Source of the DNA: Auanema rhodensis
Lineage: Eukaryota; Animalia; Nematoda
Assembly: GCA_964057225.1 (NCBI GenBank)
Contig: OZ059899.1
Location: 16,058,001 to 16,122,000, forward strand
Length of the DNA stretch: 64,000 bases
Direction: 5' to 3'
This document shows positions 1-12,500 of this stretch, piece after piece (position 1 is the stretch's first letter; each line of letters opens with the position of its first letter). Under the pieces are notes generated by a model. The model searched no databases, was not told the origin of the DNA, and was given only the letters and a program-made list of their open reading frames with translations. The position numbers were made by a program, and so were the translations under genes.

Positions 1-115
1 CAGCGCCTTAGACCGCTCGGCCATCTCACCTTGATGTGGCAGTTTCAGTCGTATGTTATATTATAATTTGATCATCGCAGTAGGGTAAAAACAATTTTAG
101 CTACGTTGGAATGTC

Positions 116-121
116 AAAAAA
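116..121 (-). terminator. RNA polymerase III oligo-T terminator (repeated in each intact unit)
   Basis: Minus strand ...CTCATCA-GATA-TTTTTT: T6 (T5 in some units) four bases after the discriminator. Confidence 0.85.
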
Positions 122-125
122 TATC

Positions 126-207
126 TGATGAGAGTGGGATTCGAACCCACGCCTCCGAAGAGACTGGTGCCTAAAACCAGCGCCTTAGACCGCTCGGCCA
201 TCTCACC
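126..207 (-). tRNA. tRNA-Leu-TAG: tRNA-Leu(TAG), representative unit
   Basis: Reverse complement is GGTGAGATGGCCGAGCGGTCTAAGGCGCTGGT-TTTAGGC-ACCAGTCTCTTCGGAGGCGTGGGTTCGAATCCCACTCTCATCA. It folds with a 7-bp acceptor stem (one G.U), D arm GCC/GGC, anticodon stem CTGGT/ACCAG, long variable arm CTC-TTCG-GAG, T arm GTGGG-TTCGAAT-CCCAC and discriminator A. CCA is not encoded. Confidence 0.96.
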
Positions 208-302
208 ATGATGTGACTATTTCAGTCGTATGTTATATTTCAATTTGATCATCGCAATAGGGTAAAAACAATTTTAGCTACGTTGGAATGTCAAAAAATA
301 TC

Positions 303-384
303 TGATGAGAGTGGGATTCGAACCCACGCCTCCGAAGAGACTGGTGCCTTAAACCAGCGCCTTAGACCGCTCGGCCATCTCACC
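303..384 (-). tRNA. tRNA-Leu-AAG: tRNA-Leu(AAG), representative unit (majority type)
   Basis: Same body as 126-207; anticodon loop TTAAGGC (plus strand GCCTTAA). Confidence 0.96.
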
Positions 385-409
385 TTGATGTGGCAGTTTC
401 AGTCGTATG

Positions 410-414
410 TTATA
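410..414 (-). promoter_or_regulatory. TATA-like element at -30..-26 of the tRNA gene (repeated in most units)
   Basis: Plus-strand TTATA reads TATAA on the minus strand, 26-30 nt upstream of tRNA nt 1, where TFIIIB/TBP is expected. Some units have TATAG. Confidence 0.55.
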
Positions 415-2014
415 TTATAATTTGATCATCGCAGTAGGGTAAAAACAATTTTAGCTACGTTGGAATGTCAAAAAATATCTGATGAGAGTGGGATTCGAAC
501 CCACGCCTCCGAAGAGACTGGTGCCTTAAACCAGCGCCTTAGACCGCTCGGCCATCACACCTTGATGTGACTATTTCAGTCGTATGTTATATTTCAATTT
601 GATCATCGCAATAGGGTAAAAACAATTTTAGCTACGTTGGAATGTCAAAAAATATCTGATGAGAGTGGGATTCGAACCCACGCCTCCGAAGAGACTGGTG
701 CCTTAAACCAGCGCCTTAGACCGCTCGGCCATCTCACCTTGATGTGGCATTTTCAGTCGTATGTTATATTTCAATTTGATCTTCGCAGTAGGGTAAAAAC
801 AATTTTAGCTACGTTGGAATGTCAAAAAATATCTGATGAGAGTGGGATTCGAACCCACGCCTCCGAAGAGACTGGTGCCTAAAACCAGCGCCTTAGACCG
901 CTCGGCCATCTCACCTTGATGTGACTATTTCATGTCGTATGTTATATTCGAATTTGATCATCGCAGTAGGGTAAAAACAATTTTAGCTACGTTGGAATGT
1001 CAAAAAATATCTGATGAGAGTGGGATTCGAACCCACGCCTCCGAAGAGACTGGTGCCTAAAACCAGCGCCTTAGACCGCTCGGCCATCTCACCTTGATGT
1101 GACTATTTCAGTCGTATGTTATATTTCAATTTGATCATCGCAATAGGGTAAAAACAATTTTAGCTAAGTTGAAATGTCAAAAAATATCTGATGAGAGTGG
1201 GATTCGAACCCACGCCTCCGAAGAGACTGGTGCCTTAAACCAGCGCCTTAGACCGCTCGGCCATCTCACCTTGATGTGACTATTTCAGTCGTATGTTATA
1301 TTCGAATTTGATTATCGTAGTAGGGTAAAAACAATTTTAGCTACGTTGGAATGTCAAAAAATATCTGATGAGAGTGGGATTCGATCCCACGCCTCCGAAG
1401 AGACTGGTGCCTTAAACCAGCGCCTTAGACCGCTCGGCCATCTCACCTTGATGTGACTATTTCAGTCGTATGTTATATTCGAATTTGATCATCGCAGTAG
1501 GGTAAAAACAATTTTAGCTAAGTTGAAATGTCAAAAAATATCTGATGAGAGTGGGATTCGAACCCACGCCTCCGAAGAGACTGGTGCCTTAAACCAGCGC
1601 CTTAGACCGCTCGGCCATCTCACCTTGATATGACTATTTCAGTCGTATGTTATATTCGAATTTGATCATCGCAGTAGGGTAAAAACAATTTTAGCTACGT
1701 TGGAATGTCAAAAAATATCTGATGAGAGTGGGATTCGAACCCACGCCTCCGAAGAGACTGGTGCCTAAAACCAACGCCTTAGACCGCTCGGCCATCTCAC
1801 CTTGATGTGACTATTTCAGTCGTATGTTATATTTGAATTTGATCATAACAGTAGGGTAAAAACAATTTTAGCTACGTTGGAATGTCAAAAAATATCTGAT
1901 GAGAGTGGGATTCGAACCCACGCCTCCGAAGAGACTGGTGCCTTAAACCAGCGCCTTAGACCGCTCGGCCATCTCACCTTGATGTGGCATTTTCAGTCCT
2001 ATGTTATATTTCAA

Positions 2015-3586
2015 AAAACCTTCTGTTTCGCATGTTTTCTTTTTGTGGAGCTGTTGCATACATGAAAAGTGTTCATTAAAGATGTTAAGTAATCGTTCTA
2101 ACTGATCTTTTGATAATGATTTTCAAATTGCTGAGAGTGTGTGATGGATCAATATTGTAAATGAAATGAAATATTAAATTTTAAATATGCTAGTTTACTG
2201 ACCTTATTAATGCTCTTGTTGTTTGATTTTTGTAGCTACGGCACTTTATGAAAGTGAGTAGTAGCGTTCCTGTTGTCCCCCTGGCCCTGGTATCAGAATC
2301 TCGTCATCTGAATCGGCTGTTGAGCTATAATGAAAATTGATTACAAATCGAGGTATTTGAAACCTATTCCATGTCGTAGTAGTTTCTCTTACGGTTCGTT
2401 TTCGAAAATTGAGAACCAAATCTTCTGTGATCAAACTTTGATCCGTCAGCTGGTCTCAATTGCTCAGCTTGTACATCTCGCACTGTTCTCTCATTTCTTT
2501 TTCGTTCCAGATTTTCCACGATCGCTCTTTTGTTCGTTTCGTTTTCTAACGATATGAAGACAGCTAGCCTGGAACAAAAATATAATATTTTGTTTCTCAA
2601 ACTTAAGAAACCTGTGTTGGCATAGAGCATGCTTAGGGCAATTTCGTTGCGTGCATCCCGGACTGGAGCATACAAGCTCATTATTGGTCTCATTGACACA
2701 TCCCAATCTGGAATAACAATGATAAACTCAAAATAAAAAATCTTAGCTTATGCTCCCGTACTGTCCTTGGTGAAATATATGCCTGCCTTTGCAGCAGGAA
2801 ATACTTCCAAACGCTGAACAGTTTCAAAAAACATGTCCGCATTGCTGGTCCCGACTGGCTCACTCATCCATGATGGATAGCTTGACAACGAATTTTCAAA
2901 AATGAAATCACTCAAACCGAAAAGTTTGAGCTTATTCATTTTTTCAATGCGTGTCATTACTAACCACTCATGGTTTTCAACATGAAAATGAGTGACCAGT
3001 TTGTCGGATTTCTGATGAACGGCTCCAATTCGTTCTTTAATTTCTTCTATAAAAAAATTACTAGTTATTTTCATTATGTTTTGATTACCTTCATGTAGTT
3101 GTAGCATTTTTTCTAGAACTTGATGAGCCGGAATAGGGTGAGGTATTCTAGCGTTCAATTGAGAATTCTTCGACTCCAACAAGCTTGTTGAAAAAAATTG
3201 TTGGCTTTGCCCAGCTCTCAATTTTTGAATCAAACTATTGGTTTGATATAAATCGTCCTTGTTGGTAAGAAGCCTAAATTAAAAAAAAATAAAAGAATTC
3301 AAAAAAAACCAACCATTGTCGAGTTCTTTCTCCACAATTCCTTACAATATCTTGGATTTTCCTTTCATATTCATCACGGTTTTGTGATGATAGAGCCCCT
3401 TTCCTCATGATCGTTCCATATTCAGTCTTAAAACATAAAAATAGTGTTTAAAAACAATATCAAGTATACCTCTTTTTTTCTTCCAAATATTTTATGGAGG
3501 ATGTGTTCCTTTCTCTCAGCATCATCGTCCTTGCCGAATGTGCTTTTGATATTCTCCATTCGGTGCACGGAACATCTTAGCGGTAC
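2015..3586 (-). mobile_element. Truncated duplicate of the MULE (3' part of the transposase only)
   Basis: Nearly identical to 19200-20770 (offset 17185, a handful of SNPs) with the same left junction. It breaks just upstream of the LRCSVH codons, so both catalytic Asp exons are missing. Confidence 0.9.
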
Positions 3587-3599
3587 GGTACGGTACGAG

Positions 3600-6500
3600 T
3601 TCAGTCGTATGTTATATTTCAATTTGATTTTCGCAAAAGGGTAAAAACAATTTTAGCTACGTTGGAATGTCAAAAAATATCTGATGAGAGTGGGATTCGA
3701 ACCCACGCCTCCGAAGAGACTGGTGCCTTAAACCAGCGCCTTAGACCGCTCGGCCATCTCACCTTGATGTGACTATTTCAGTCGTATGTTATATTTCAAT
3801 TTGATCATCGCAATAGGGTAAAAACAATTTTAGCTACGTTGGAATGTCAAAAAATATCTGATGAGAGTGGGATTCGAACCCACGCCTCCGAAGAGACTGG
3901 TGCCTTAAACCAGCGCCTTAGACCGCTCGGCCATCTCACCTTGATGTGACTATTTCAGTCGTATGTTATATTTCAATTTGATCATCGCAATAGGGTAAAA
4001 ACAATTTTAGCTACGTTGGAATGTCAAAAAATATCTGATGAGAGTGGGATTCAAACCCACGCCTCCGAAGAGACTGGTGCCTTAAACCAGCGCCTTAGAC
4101 TGCTCGGCCATCTCACCTTGATGTGACTATTTCAGTCGTATGTTATATTTCAATTTGATCATCGCAGTAGGGTAAAAACAATTTTAGCTACGTTGGAATG
4201 TCAAAAAATATCTGATGAGAGTGGGATTCGATCCCACGCCTCCGAAGAGACTGGTGCCTTAAACCAGCGCCTTAGACCGCTCGGCCATCTCACCTTGATG
4301 TGACTATTTCAGTCGTATGTTATATTTGAATTTGATCATCGCAGTAGGGTAAAAACAATGTTAGCAACGTTGGAATGCCAAAAAATATCTGATGAGAGTG
4401 GGATTCGAACCCACGCCTCCGAAGAGACTGGTGCCTTAAACCAGCGCCTTAGACCGCTCGGCCATCTCACCTTGATGTGACTATTTCAGTCGTATGTTAT
4501 ATTCGAATTTGATCATCGCAGTAGGGTAAAAACAATTTTAGCTACGTTGGAATGTCAAAAAATATCTGATGAGAGTGGGATTCGAACCCACGCCTCCGAA
4601 GAGACTGGTGCCTTAAACCAGCGCCTTAGACCGCTCGGCCATCTCACCTTGATGTGACTATTTCAGTCGTATGTTATATTTCAATTTGATCATCGCAATA
4701 GGGTAAAAACAATTTTAGCTACGTTGGAATGTCAAAAAATATCTGATGAGAGTGGGATTCAAACCCACGCCTCCGAAGAGACTGGTGCCTTAAACCAGCG
4801 CCTTAGACTGCTCGGCCATCTCACCTTGATGTGACTATTTCAGTCGTATGTTATATTTCAATTTGATCATCGCAATAGGGTAAAAACAATTTTAGCTACG
4901 TTGGAATGTCAAAAAATATCTGATGAGAGTGGGATTCGAACCCACGCCTCCGAAGAGACTGGTGCCTTAAACCAGCGCCTTAGACCGCTCGGCCATCTCA
5001 CCTTGATGTGGCAGTTTCAGTCGTATGTTATATTATAATTTGATCATCGCAGTAGGGTAAAAACAATTTTAGCTACGTTGGAATGTCAAAAAACATCTGA
5101 TGAGAGTGGGATTCGAACCCACTCCTCCGAAGAGACTGGTGCCTAAAACCAGCGCCTTAGACCGCTCGGCCATCTCACCATGATGTGACTATTTCAGTCG
5201 TATGTTATATTTCAATTTGATCATCGCAGTAGGGTAAAAACAATTTTAGCTACGTTGGAATGTCAAAAAATATCTGATGAGAGTGGGATTCAAACCCACG
5301 CCTCCGAAGAGACTGGTGCCTTAAACCAGCGCCTTAGACCGCTCGGCCATCTCACCTTGATGTGACTATTTCAGTCGTATGTTATATTTCAATTTGATCA
5401 TCGCAATAGGGTAAAAACAATTTTAGCTACGTTGGAATGTCAAAAAATATCTGATGAGAGTGGGATTCGAACCCACGCCTCCGAAGAGACTGGTGCCTAA
5501 AACCAGCGCCTTAGACCGCTCGGCCATCTCAACTTGATGTGGCATTTTCAGTCGTATGTTATATTTCAATTTGATTATCGCAATAGGGTAAAAACAATTT
5601 TAGCTACGTTGCAATGTCAAAAAATATCTGATGAGAGTGGGATTCGAACCCACGCCTCCGAAGAGACTGGTGCCTTAAACCAGCGCCTTAGACCGCTCGT
5701 CCATCTCACCTTGATGTGACTATTTCAGTCGTATGTTATATTTCAATTTGATCATCGCAATAGGGTAAAAACAATTTTAGCTACGTTGGAATGTCAAAAA
5801 ATATCTGATGAGAGTGGGATTCAAACCCACGCCTCCGAAGAGACTGGTGCCTTAAACCAGCGCCTTAGACTGCTCGGCCATCTCACCTTGATGTGACTAT
5901 TTCAGTCGTATGTTATATTTCAATTTGATCATCGCAATAGGGTAAAAACAATTTTAGCTACGTTGGAATGTCAAAAAATATCTGATGAGAGTGGGATTCG
6001 AACCCACGCCTCCGAAGAGACTGGTGCCTTAAACCAGCGCCTTAGACCGCTCGACCATCTCAGCTTGATGTGACATTTTCAGTCGTATGTTATATTTCAA
6101 TTTGATCATCGCAGTAGGGTAAAAACAATTTTAGCTACGTTGGAATGTCAAAAAATATCTGATGAGAGTGGGATTCGAACCCACGCCTCCGAAGAGACTG
6201 GTGCCTAAAACCAGCGCCTTAGACCGCTCGGCCATCTCACCATGATGTGACTATTTCAGTCGTATGTTATATTTCAATTTGATCATCGCAGTAGGGTAAA
6301 AACAATTTTAGCTACGTTGGAATGTCAAAAAATATCTGATGAGAGTGGGATTCAAACCCACGCCTCCGAAGAGACTGGTGCCTTAAACCAGCGCCTTAGA
6401 CCGCTCGGCCATCTCACCTTGATGTGACTATTTCAGTCGTATGTTATATTTCAATTTGATCATCGCAATAGGGTAAAAACAATTTTAGCTACGTTGGAAT

Positions 6501-9500
6501 GTCAAAAAATATCTGATGAGAGTGGGATTCGAACCCACGCCTCCGAAGAGACTGGTGCCTTAAACCAGCGCCTTAGACCGCTCTGCCATCTCACCTTGAT
6601 GTTGCATTTTCAGTCGTATGTTATATTTCAATTTGATCTTCGCAGTAGGGTAAAAACAATTTTAGCTACGTTGGAATGTCAAAAAATATCTGATGAGAGT
6701 GGGATTCGAACCCACGCCTCCGAAGAGACTGTTGCCTAAAACCAGCGCCTTAGACCGCTCGGCCATCTCACCTTGATGTGACTATTTCAGTCGTATGTTA
6801 TATTCGAATTTGATCATCGCAGTAGGGTAAAAACAATTTTAGCTACGTTGGAATGTCAAAAAATATCTGATGAGAGTGGGATTCGAACCCACGCCTCCGA
6901 AGAGACTGGTGCCTTAAACCAGCGCCTTAGACCGCTCGGCCATCTCACCTTGATGTGACTATTTCAGTCGTATGTTATATTTCAATTTGATCATCGCAAT
7001 AGGGTAAAAACAATTTTAGCTACGTTGGAATGTCAAAAAATATCTGATGAGAGTGGGATTCGAACCCACGCCTCCGAAGAGACTGGTGCCTTAAACCAGC
7101 GCCTTAGACCGCTCGGCCATCTCACCTTGATGTGACTATTTCAGTCGTATGTTATATTCGAATTTGATCATCGCAGTAGGGTAAAAACAATTTTAGCTAA
7201 GTTGGAATGTCAAAAAATATCTGATGAGAGTGGGATTCGAACCCACGCCTCCGAAGAGACTGGTGCCTAAAACCAGCGCCTTAGACCGCTCGGCCATCTC
7301 ACCATGATGTGACTATTTCAGTCGTATGTTATATTTCAATTTGATCATCGCAGTGGGGTAAAAACAATTTTAGCTAAGTTGGAATGTCAAAAAATATCTC
7401 ATGAGAGTGGGATTCGAACCCACGCCTCCGAAGAGACTAGTGCCTAAAACCAGCGCCTTAGACCGCTCGGCCATCTCACCTTGATGTGGCATTTTCAGTC
7501 GTATGTTATATTTCAATTTGATCATCGCAGTAGGGTGAAAACAATTTTAGCTACGTTGGAATGTCAAAAAATATCTGATGAGAGTGGGATTCGAACCCAC
7601 GCCTCCGAAGAGACTGGTGCCTTAAACCAGCGCCTTAGACCGCTCGGCCATCTCACCTTGATGTGACTATTTCAGTCGTATGTTATATTTCAATTTGATC
7701 ATCGCAATAGGGTAAAAACAATTTTAGCTACGTTGGAATGTCAAAAAATATCTGATGAGAGTGGGATTCGAACCCACGCCTCCGAAGAGACTGGTGCCTT
7801 AAACCAGCGCCTTAGACCGCTCGGCCATCTCACCTTGATGTGACTATTTCGGTTGTATGTTATATTTGAATTTGATCATAACAGTAGGGTAAAAACAATT
7901 TTAGCAACGTTGGAATGTCAAAAAATATCTGATGAGAGTGGGATTCGAACCCACGCCTCCGAAGAGACTGGTGCCTTAAACCAGCGCCTTAGACCGCTCG
8001 GCCATCTCACCTTGATGTGACTATTTCAGTCGTATGTTATATTTCAATTTGATCATCGCAATAGGGTAAAAACAATTTTAGCTACGTTGGAATGTCAAAA
8101 AATATCTGATGAGAGTGGGATTCGAACCCACGCCTCCGAAGAGACTGGTGCCTAAAACCAGCGCCTTAGACCGCTCGGCCATCTCACCATGATGTGACTA
8201 TTTCAGTCGTATGTTATATTTCAATTTGATCATCGCAGTAGGGTAAAAACAATTTTAGCTACGTTGGAATGTCAAAAAATATCTGATGAGAGTGGGATTC
8301 AAACCCACGCCTCCGAAGAGACTGGTGCCTTAAACCAGCGCCTTAGACCGCTCGGCCATCTCACCTTGATGTGACTATTTCAGTCGTATGTTATATTTCA
8401 ATTTGATCATCGCAATAGGGTAAAAACAATTTTAGCTACGTTGGAATGTCAAAAAATATCTGATGAGAGTGGGATTCGAACCCACGCCTCCGAAGAGACT
8501 GGTGCCTTAAACCAGCGCCTTAGACCGCTCTGCCATCTCACCTTGATGTTGCATTTTCAGTCGTATGTTATATTTCAATTTGATCTTCGCAGTAGGGTAA
8601 AAACAATTTTAGCTACGTTGGAATGTCAAAAAATATCTGATGAGAGTGGGATTCGAACCCACGCCTCCGAAGAGACTGTTGCCTAAAACCAGCGCCTTAG
8701 ACCGCTCGGCCATCTCACCTTGATGTGACTATTTCAGTCGTATGTTATATTCGAATTTGATCATCGCAGTAGGGTAAAAACAATTTTAGCTACGTTGGAA
8801 TGTCAAAAAATATCTGATGAGAGTGGGATTCGAACCCACGCCTCCGAAGAGACTGGTGCCTTAAACCAGCGCCTTAGACCGCTCGGCCATCTCACCTTGA
8901 TGTGACTATTTCAGTCGTATGTTATATTTCAATTTGATCATCGCAATAGGGTAAAAACAATTTTAGCTACGTTGGAATGTCAAAAAATATCTGATGAGAG
9001 TGGGATTCGAACCCACGCCTCCGAAGAGACTGGTGCCTTAAACCAGCGCCTTAGACCGCTCGGCCATCTCACCTTGATGTGACTATTTCAGTCGTATGTT
9101 ATATTCGAATTTGATCATCGCAGTAGGGTAAAAACAATTTTAGCTAAGTTGGAATGTCAAAAAATATCTGATGAGAGTGGGATTCGAACCCACGCCTCCG
9201 AAGAGACTGGTGCCTAAAACCAGCGCCTTAGACCGCTCGGCCATCTCACCATGATGTGACTATTTCAGTCGTATGTTATATTTCAATTTGATCATCGCAG
9301 TGGGGTAAAAACAATTTTAGCTAAGTTGGAATGTCAAAAAATATCTCATGAGAGTGGGATTCGAACCCACGCCTCCGAAGAGACTAGTGCCTAAAACCAG
9401 CGCCTTAGACCGCTCGGCCATCTCACCTTGATGTGGCATTTTCAGTCGTATGTTATATTTCAATTTGATCATCGCAGTAGGGTGAAAACAATTTTAGCTA

Positions 9501-12500
9501 CGTTGGAATGTCAAAAAATATCTGATGAGAGTGGGATTCGAACCCACGCCTCCGAAGAGACTGGTGCCTTAAACCAGCGCCTTAGACCGCTCGGCCATCT
9601 CACCTTGATGTGACTATTTCGGTTGTATGTTATATTTGAATTTGATCATAACAGTAGGGTAAAAACAATTTTAGCAACGTTGGAATGTCAAAAAATATCT
9701 GATGAGAGTGGGATTCGAACCCACGCCTCCGAAGAGACTGGTGCCTTAAACCAGCGCCTTAGACCGCTCGGCCATCTCACCTTGATGTGACTATTTCAGT
9801 CGTATGTTATATTTCAATTTGATCATCGCAATAGGGTAAAAACAATTTTAGCTACGTTGGAATGTCAAAAAATATCTGATGAGAGTGGGATTCGAACCCA
9901 CGCCTCCGAAGAGACTGGTGCCTAAAACCAGCGCCTTAGACCGCTCGGCCATCTCACCATGATGTGACTATTTCAGTCGTATGTTATATTTCAATTTGAT
10001 CATCGCAGTAGGGTAAAAACAATTTTAGCTACGTTGGAATGTCAAAAAATATCTGATGAGAGTGGGATTCAAACCCACGCCTCCGAAGAGACTGGTGCCT
10101 TAAACCAGCGCCTTAGACCGCTCGGCCATCTCACCTTGATGTGACTATTTCAGTCGTATGTTATATTTCAATTTGATCATCGCAATAGGGTAAAAACAAT
10201 TTTAGCTACGTTGGAATGTCAAAAAATATCTGATGAGAGTGGGATTCGAACCCACGCCTCCGAAGAGACTGGTGCCTTAAACCAGCGCCTTAGACCGCTC
10301 TGCCATCTCACCTTGATGTTGCATTTTCAGTCGTATGTTATATTTCAATTTGATCTTCGCAGTAGGGTAAAAACAATTTTAGCTACGTTGGAATGTCAAA
10401 AAATATCTGATGAGAGTGGGATTCGAACCCACGCCTCCGAAGAGACTGTTGCCTAAAACCAGCGCCTTAGACCGCTCGGCCATCTCACCTTGATGTGACT
10501 ATTTCAGTCGTATGTTATATTCGAATTTGATCATCGCAGTAGGGTAAAAACAATTTTAGCTACGTTGGAATGTCAAAAAATATCTGATGAGAGTGGGATT
10601 CGAACCCACGCCTCCGAAGAGACTGGTGCCTTAAACCAGCGCCTTAGACCGCTCGGCCATCTCACCTTGATGTGACTATTTCAGTCGTATGTTATATTTC
10701 AATTTGATCATCGCAATAGGGTAAAAACAATTTTAGCTACGTTGGAATGTCAAAAAATATCTGATGAGAGTGGGATTCGAACCCACGCCTCCGAAGAGAC
10801 TGGTGCCTTAAACCAGCGCCTTAGACCGCTCGGCCATCTCACCTTGATGTGACTATTTCAGTCGTATGTTATATTCGAATTTGATCATCGCAGTAGGGTA
10901 AAAACAATTTTAGCTAAGTTGGAATGTCAAAAAATATCTGATGAGAGTGGGATTCGAACCCACGCCTCCGAAGAGACTGGTGCCTAAAACCAGCGCCTTA
11001 GACCGCTCGGCCATCTCACCATGATGTGACTATTTCAGTCGTATGTTATATTTCAATTTGATCATCGCAGTGGGGTAAAAACAATTTTAGCTAAGTTGGA
11101 ATGTCAAAAAATATCTCATGAGAGTGGGATTCGAACCCACGCCTCCGAAGAGACTAGTGCCTAAAACCAGCGCCTTAGACCGCTCGGCCATCTCACCTTG
11201 ATGTGGCATTTTCAGTCGTATGTTATATTTCAATTTGATCATCGCAGTAGGGTGAAAACAATTTTAGCTACGTTGGAATGTCAAAAAATATCTGATGAGA
11301 GTGGGATTCGAACCCACGCCTCCGAAGAGACTGGTGCCTTAAACCAGCGCCTTAGACCGCTCGGCCATCTCACCTTGATGTGACTATTTCAGTCGTATGT
11401 TATATTTCAATTTGATCATCGCAATAGGGTAAAAACAATTTTAGCTACGTTGGAATGTCAAAAAATATCTGATGAGAGTGGGATTCGAACCCACGCCTCC
11501 GAAGAGACTGGTGCCTTAAACCAGCGCCTTAGACCGCTCGGCCATCTCACCTTGATGTGACTATTTCGGTTGTATGTTATATTTGAATTTGATCATAACA
11601 GTAGGGTAAAAACAATTTTAGCAACGTTGGAATGTCAAAAAATATCTGATGAGAGTGGGATTCGAACCCACGCCTCCGAAGAGACTGGTGCCTTAAACCA
11701 GCGCCTTAGACCGCTCGGCCATCTCACCTTGATGTGGCATTTTCAGTCGTATGTTATATTTCAATTTGATCATCGCAATAGGGTAAAAACAATTTTAGCT
11801 ACGTTGGAATGTCAAAAAATATCTGATGAGAGTGGGATTCGAACCCACGCCTCCGAAGAGACTGGTGCCTTAAACCAGCGCCTTAGACCGCTCGGCCATC
11901 TCACCTTGATGTGACTATTTCAGTCGTATGTTATATTTCAATTTGATCATCGCAATAGGGTAAAAACAATTTTAGCTACGTTGGAATGTCAAAAAATATC
12001 TGATGAGAGTGGGATTCGAACCCACGCCTCCGAAGAGACTGGTGCCTTAAACCAGCGCCTTAGACTGCTCGGCCATCTCACCTTGATGTGACTATTTCGG
12101 TTGTATGTTATATTTGAATTTGATCATAACAGTAGGGTAAAAACAATTTTAGCAACGTTGGAATGTCAAAAAATATCTGATGAGAGTGGGATTCGAACCC
12201 ACGCCTCCGAAGAGACTGGTGCCTTAAACCAGCGCCTTAGACCGCTCGGCCATCTCACCTTGATGTGACTATTTCAGTCGTATGTTATATTTGAATTTGA
12301 TCATCGCAGTAGGGTAAAAACAATGTTAGCAACGTTGGAATGTCAAAAAATATCTGATGAGAGTGGGATTCGAACCCACGCCTCCGAAGAGACTGGTGCC
12401 TTAAACCAGCGCCTTAGACCGCTCGGCCATCTCACCTTGATGTGACTATTTCAGTCGTATGTTATATTTCAATTTGATCATCGCAATAGGGTAAAAACAA

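Larger units (their letters stand above)
1..2014 (-). tRNA. tRNA-Leu (AAG/TAG) cluster, segment 1 (11 complete units plus a partial one at the edge)
   Basis: Consecutive 177-bp units up to the truncated MULE copy. Confidence 0.93.

Noticed and set aside
126-207. TAG or TAA anticodon as a stop-codon suppressor
   Set aside because: Anticodons are read 5'-3' on the minus strand: UAG pairs with CUA and UAA with UUA, both Leu codons.
2330-2557. Plus-strand ORFs within the MULE copies (also 3444, 19515, 19739, 20907)
   Set aside because: Antisense to the transposase exons.
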